The notes under the pieces were generated by a model, which saw nothing but the letters and a program-made list of their open reading frames with translations, was not told the DNA's origin and ran no database searches. From a virus, in the IMG/VR virus record IMGVR_UViG_3300049043_000133, positions 28,659 through 92,658 of that record: 64,000 bases of DNA, one strand, 5' to 3'. Below, one piece after another: positions 57,401 to 64,000 of the stretch (the first letter of the stretch is position 1; every line of letters starts with the position of its first letter). Position numbers and translations under genes: made by a program.

Positions 57401-59922
57401 ACAACCTGTGCTGCATCCTCATCTTTAATTGGCGAAGTCGTCGTTAATGACGTTCGCAACAGTATTACAAGAGAAACTGTTGATAAGTTCCTTAAGGATA
57501 CTGATGTTGGAGTTGGTTTAACTGATATCACTTCTGGTATTGGTAACACGTCTCATACTATTCATACAAGCATTGATCACGGTCTGAACAGAATTACCAG
57601 ACTGACCCTTACCACTGCTGGTGCTGGTTATGGATCTGGTACTGCAGGAGACCTTTACAATGCAAGACTTGTAGGATTTGCTAGATCAACCACTGGTCAA
57701 CACGCAACAGCAAAGATCACGATAAATGGATCTGGTGCAATCACCGACATTAAGATTATGGACGGTGGTTCTGCATATGGTATTGGTAATACTCTTGCGG
57801 TTGTTGGTGTTGGAACAACTACTGGATATTCCCAAGCAGTCGTAACTGTTGCAGGTGTTTATAACAACGTTGGAGACACTGTAAGAATTACTGGTGTTTC
57901 CTCTGAAGCATATACTTCATTTAATGATGTTTACAGAATTACTCAAGTTGCAGTTGGTGCAGCAAAGAGTTTTGTTGTTACTTCAACCAGTGCGATTGGA
58001 ATTGGTACGACTTCTGGTATTGGAGAAACACTTACTTCTAAAGCATTTGCATATGTAACAGGTGAAGCAATTCGTATCAGTGCTCTTTCTTATGATAACA
58101 CAACTGGAGTTGGTATTGTAACTTCCATCAACAATCACGGACTTAAGGTAGATACTAAAGTTCGTCTTGTTGGTGCAAATGAGAGTCTCTACAATGGTGA
58201 TTTTGTTGTTACTGAAAACGTAAGCAATACATCCTTTAAGATTAACGTTGGTCTTTCTACAAGTGCTCCAACAGCAACTGGAACACTCTTTGCATACCGC
58301 GAAGGTGTATCATCAAATGATGGTGTGATTACTGTAGATAATGAAAATCTTAAATGGTAGAATGAATACCATTTATGCTGGAATTACGACAACTCTTTCC
58401 AATGCAATTATCAACGCAACCACTGATTCAATCAACTTTACAAATGCAGGTAATCTGGATGTAAACATTGGTGATTACTTGATGATTGATGATGAAATTG
58501 TAAGAATCAAAACCACGACTTCTACAAGCAGTGTAACTGGCGTATCAAACCCAGTCTCTGTGTTCCGTGGTGTTCTTGGAAGTAAAGCAACCACTCACAT
58601 CGCTGGTGCAGTTGTAAAGAAGATTGATATCAAACCAATTGAATTAAGAAGACATTCTATCATTCGTGCGTCAGGTCATACCTTTGAATATGTTGGATTT
58701 GGTCCAGGTAACTATTCAACTGCATTCCCAGATAAGCAAGACCGTCAGATTTCTGCACAAGAAGAACTTCTTGCACAATCAACCAGAAAGAATGGTGGCA
58801 TTAACTTCTATACTGGAATGAATGATAAGGGTATCTCATATTCTGGTAACAAGAAGATGAGTTCCATTACTGGATTAGAGGAAATCTTTGATACCCCAAT
58901 TCAGACCATCACTGGAGAGGATATTGGACCACAGCAAGGACTGAATGTTATTAACCCAACTGAAGGATCATTCTACGTTCGATTCGTGTTGAAGGTGGAT
59001 CTGATGGTAAAGTAACATCAGAATTCAATGGTCCTGTTATTTTTGCTAATAAAATTACTTCGAATTCGAACGAAAGGTATTGAAGCAAATTCACTCTTTC
59101 TGCAAGGAATACAACTGTATCACGCAAATATACTGTAGGAATTTCTACACCATCTCTTGCAGGAAACGTTGGTGACGTTGTTTATAATGCAATTCCTTCT
59201 AGTGGTGGATATCTTGGTTGGGTATATGCTGATGATAACAAGTGGAAACGGTTTGGATCCATTAGTACTGCAACAGATTCGGGTTTAATCCGACATTTAA
59301 TATTATTCGTGGTAATACTTATATTGGAAATACTTTTATTGGAACATTTTCTGGAGACGGATCTGGATTGACGGGAGTAGATAGTATTTGGGTTGTTGAT
59401 GGTGTAGGAATTCACACTACAAGATCTGTTGGTGTTGGAACAACAACGGCAGTTTCTGGAAATGCTTTATATGTAAATGGTAATACGACAATCAACGGAA
59501 CTCTAAATGTTTATGAAATTATTGAAAAAGCAACAATCAGTGCTGGTATTTTAACAGCACAAAATCCTGTTGGTATTGCAACAACTACAAATATTGATCT
59601 TGCAACCAATAATGTTTATTACTTTACAAATCAAACCCAAGGTAATTGGAATCTTAATTTTAGAAGGAGATTCAACTACCACTTGAATAGTTTCTTGACA
59701 ACTGGTGATTCAATTACTGTTGCAATTCTTACAAATCAAGGATCCACAGCATACTATAACTCATCTATCAGTATTGATGATGTTTCGGTTACTCCAAAAT
59801 ATTATGGTGGTAATCAAATTATTTCTGGAAATGTAAATAGTTTGGATATGTATACGTATGTGATTATTAAAACTGGATCTGCTGCTTATACTGTTCTTGC
59901 TTCTCAATCCCAATACGCATAA
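54405..59922 (+). CDS. very large virion structural/tail fibre protein; frameshifts
   Basis: SRLDNFLKSVRGTIIYVDPN...RPFKTIQRALIE; SASPYIFNISLRS; ELRRHSIIRASGHTFEYVGFGPGNYST; collinear ORF fragments. Confidence 0.7.
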
Positions 59923-59928
59923 TAAACT

Positions 59929-61943
59929 ATGAGTCCATTATTAGGTTCGATTGGAGCTATATTGAATATTCCTATAGAGGAAATTTGAATGATTATTCCA
60001 AATACCTTTACTTTTACTAATATATCGAACGCAGAACCAGGAACTGCATATACAACAGGAATCACCACAATCACGGGTATTAATTATAAAGCAAGAGTTT
60101 CAATATCTGGAATTGGTTCATTTTCTGTAAATGGTGGAGGATTTACGACAACATCTTCATTTATTCGAAATAATGATACAGTTTCAATTCAAATTCCGAC
60201 AACTTCTGGAACAAGCACAGATTTTTCTAAACTTTATAATTCAATTTTAACAATCGGAAAAGTTTCATCAAGTTGGTCAGTTATTACAAGAAATCTTGAT
60301 CAAACACCAGTTTCTTTTGCATTTACATCAGTAAGTGGAATGAATGTTGGAGTCGGAACCACCAGTAATACTGTAACTTTATCTGGACTTGAACCTGGAA
60401 TTCCAATCACTTCTCAAATTGTTTCTGGAATTGGATCATTTAAAATTAACGGAGCATCTCCAATTTATTCTGGAAATGTCACTAATACAGATGCTATTCA
60501 AATGGTATTGACATCTCCAGTATCGTATGCATCTACAAATACATCAGAAATTCGTGTTGGATCTTTTATCACTTTCTTTCTCAGTTTCAACTAGAGCAGC
60601 AGAACATTACTCCAGATGCTTTTACTTTTACCGCACAAACCGATGTCAATTTCTCAACAACAGTAGATAGTAATACAATTACTATTTCTGGATGCGATGC
60701 CGATGTTTTCCTATCTGCATCAATTTCTGGAGGAAGTGGTTTGTTTAAAGTTGTAAGAAGTGGAGTGACTATTAGAGATTTCAGTCCATTAAGTTATGAT
60801 TTGGTTCAGAACGGAGATCAAATTACTGTTCAGATTAACTTCATCTTCATCTGGAAGTACATCAACTTCAACGACATTAACCGTTTCTGGAGTATCTGCA
60901 ACATTCACTGTAACAACAAGAGTATCCGCAATCAATACAATTCCCAATCAATTTACATTTACTGATGTCAACGATCAAAGTTTAAGTTCAACAATTACAA
61001 GTAATACTATTACATTGTCTGGAATGACTCCAGGAGAAAATGGAACTGCATCAATCAGTGGTGGAACCTTTAGAGTGGTCCGAAGTGGATCTACAATTCG
61101 TGATTTTTCTTCTTCATCTACCAGTGTTAGAAACGGAGATGAAATTACGTTAAGAACAACTAGTTCATCATCACCGGTTCAACTGTTCAAGTTTCTTTTA
61201 CTGTGAGTGGTACAAATTCTATTAGTTTGCCAGCAACAAGTGGAAGCACAAGTGACACTTGGGCAGTAACAACTCGCAGTCCAAATTGCAATCCTCTTTC
61301 GGCAAATTATAATTTAACTAATGTAAACAACGCAAGTCGTTCAACCACATATAGTCAATCATTTACACTTACTGATGTTGACAATTCTTGTTCGGGATTC
61401 ACTGTAGCAGTTGATGGTGCTACTGCCTACCTAAGAGTTGACGGTGTGACTGGAAATAATTTAACTGCACAATATGGAAGCAGCATTACTGTTTTTATGA
61501 CATCTTCATCAAGTTATGGAAGTTTAGTGACCACTGGTTTTTATATTAGAAGAGGTGGATCTACAGTGGTTGTTCAAACTTGGGGTATTACAACAGAGGA
61601 TGCGCCAGCACCACCACCAAATTGTAATCCATCGAATGCAAATTATAATTTAACAAGTATACGTAATGCCGATCTTGGTAGATTTTATAGTCAATCATTT
61701 AGTTTGACTGATGTTGATCGGTCTTGTACTGGATTTACAGTATCTGCTAGCTGAACAGGTACAACTTATGTGGTGGTTGATGGTAGGACAGGTAATAATT
61801 TACCAGCACGATATGGAAGCAGTATTACTGTTGTTATGCAATCTTCTTCGCAATTTGATACAGTAATTTATGGAAATTTTTCAATATCAGGTCCTAGTGG
61901 TGGAGTTTCTCAATCTTGGTTTATTGAAACAAGAGTATCCTAA
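59929..61943 (+). CDS. Ser/Thr-rich repeat-domain tail fibre/adhesin; frameshifts
   Basis: four P..F.FT...SNT(I/V)TLSG modules then two NCNP..ANYNLT...YSQSF modules. Confidence 0.6.
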
Positions 61944-61982
61944 ATAATCATAACAAAATACCTGGGGGAGAGTGAACCCAAA

Positions 61983-63895
61983 ATGGCTGTAAATAAGAAT
62001 TTTGTAGTCAAAAACGGATTTGAAGTAAATGCTGACGCTTACTCTTGCAAACGCAACAACAAGAAAGGTCGGTATTGGCACATCAAATCCAAGATATAAT
62101 TTAGAAGTTCGTGGTGGTATTGGAGCAACTGATGTCATCATTTCTGGTATTGCAACAGTCCTTAACGAATTAAGAGTTGGAACTGCAGGTACAATCTTTA
62201 CCGTTATTGCAGGTCCAACTGGAGATAGCTCAATCAGTTGGTGTTGGTACTGCAAATCCAGGATTTCTATTAGACATTCGATCACCAGTTTCTACAGGAC
62301 AGGCAGCACTTTATGTGAAAGGTGATGCAAGAATTACTGGAAACGTAAATTTAGAGGGTGATATTAATATTGATGAAATAACGGTTCGCAATATTAATGC
62401 AACTGGTATTGCTACTCTTGCAACTTTGGGTGTTAGTGGAGTTACGACTTCACAACATCTTCAGGTCATTGGTGTTTCTACATTAGGTGTTACAAGTGCT
62501 ACCAACTTAACGGCACAACAATTAAATGTATCAGGTCTTTCCACATTTGCTGGAATTACTACAGTTACTGGAGAAACATTATTCTCCAAACAACTGAATG
62601 TATCTGGAATTACGACTTTAGGTGTTACGACTGTTACCAACTTAACAGCACAACAGATTAATGTTTCTGGTTTATCAACCTTTGCTGGAATTACCACAGT
62701 TACTGGAGAAACATTATTCTCCAAACAGCTAAATGTATCTGGGGTATCTACACTTCCAACATTATCTGGTACGACAGTAACTTATACAACAGGAAACTTT
62801 ACAACTGGCAATATCGTTACTGGAATTGTAACGACACTAACCAGTACAAATGCTACACTTACGAATATTAATTCATCGGGTATTACAACTCTTGGTGTTA
62901 CATCAACAACTAACCTAACAGCACAACAACTGAATGTATCTGGCGTATCAACCTTTGCTGGTGTTACCACTCATACTGCATCACTCTTTGGAACTCAAGC
63001 ATCATTTACTGGTGTCGTCACTGCAACATCATTTGTTGGTTCAGGTGCAAGTCTCACAGGTAATGCAAGAAATCTAACTGCAACGATTGGTATTGGTACT
63101 TCTGGTTCTGTTGTTGGATATGGAGTTTCGTTCCTTGATTTAAGAGGACCTGGATTATCAACAGTTTATTATAATAATAATGTAGGTATTGCAACCATTT
63201 ACTTCCAAGGTGGTGGAAGTGGTAGTGCAAGTATTGGTATTGGAACAACACCAGGGGCAGCATTTGTTGGTGTGATTACTGCAGGTAATTTGTGGTATAA
63301 CAACAACATTGGTAGATTGTTCATTTACTATCAAGATGCTGATAGTGCTCAGTGGGTTGATGCATCACCATCTAATGTTGGTGTGATTACTTCATTAACC
63401 AACGTATCATTTGCTGCGGGTTCTGCATCAAATCCATCAATGTACTTTATTGGTGACCCAACAACTGGTTTCTTCTCTCCAGGTGCGGGACAGTTCACTG
63501 TTGTATCCAGTTGGTTCATCAATCTTAAATATCAATCCAAGTGGTATTAACGTCACTGGTGTTGCTACTTCTACAAGGATATCAACGGTAATGTTGTATC
63601 TTCTGGTATTGTACGCACAAGATTCTGATATCTGATATCAACTACAAAGAGAACATCACTACAGTTAATAATGCTTTATCAAAAGTAGAGCAGATGCGTG
63701 GTGTGAAGATTTGATTGGAAAGAAAGTGGTCTACCTTCTTATGGTGTGATTGCACAAGAACTGCAAGAAGTTCTACCAGAACTTGTACACGGCAATGACC
63801 CCAAAACAGTCAACTATAATGGTATTATTGGTGTTCTGATTGAAGCAATCAAAGAACTGAAAGCAGAAGTAGAAGAACTGAAAAACACTAAATAA
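61983..63895 (+). CDS. tail fibre with C-terminal intramolecular chaperone (peptidase S74-like); frameshifts
   Basis: MAVNKNFVVKNG, VGIGT repeats, GVIAQELQEVLPELV...VNYNGIIGVLIEAIKELK. Confidence 0.8.
62480..62970 (+). repeat. tandem peptide repeats in tail fibre
   Basis: LGVT..TNLTAQQ(L/I)NVSG.STFAG x3 and ITTVTGETLFSKQLNVSG x2. Confidence 0.85.
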
Positions 63896-63930
63896 TAAAA
63901 AACTACCTAGTATAATACGAGGACGGTAGA

Positions 63931-64000
63931 ATGGCCATTAAGATTTCAGGAGTTACTATTGTTGATGATACCCAGAACTTAAGAATTACTGGTGTATCAA
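63931..64000 (+). CDS. start of next tail-fibre-like gene (truncated by window)
   Basis: MAIKISGVTIVDDTQNLRITGVS after TAAATA element. Confidence 0.55.
   Translation, partial: MAIKISGVTIVDDTQNLRITGVS

Noticed and set aside
45920-62970. Duplicated segments as DGR template/variable repeats
   Set aside because: Both copies are in-frame coding, differences are not adenine-specific, and no reverse transcriptase is present.

Overview
64-kb segment of a T4-like (Kyanoviridae-type) cyanomyophage genome, probably infecting a freshwater picocyanobacterium. Evidence is psbA without an adjacent psbD, two hli genes, cp12, speD, phoH, thyX, g33/g59/g32 and T4-type baseplate genes. Layout: (1) 1-15.1 kb, a tightly packed 20-gene glycan biosynthesis/modification cluster including a split transketolase, an aldolase, NadE and UDP-sugar dehydrogenase; (2) 15.2-21.4 kb, a host-interaction block with an SLH/beta-barrel protein, hli genes, a peptidase + lysozyme pair and psbA interrupted by two HNH-encoding group I introns; (3) 21.6-29.9 kb, small genes and replication genes, including a nitrogen-sensing unit (NtcA box, promoter, tandem glutamine-riboswitch aptamers with a whole ORF apparently inside the first one, DUF4278 peptide gene); (4) 29.9-52 kb, baseplate/tail genes; (5) 52-54.4 kb, tRNA-Leu(UAA) with an Azoarcus-like group I intron, tRNA-Thr, a Mom-like gene and a candidate ~50-nt sRNA; (6) 54.4-64 kb, tail fibre genes. 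Many genes, including essential ones, are broken by 1-nt indels. These are most simply read as long-read consensus errors, so coordinates span the reconstructed genes. All family assignments come from motif recognition by eye; no searches were run.
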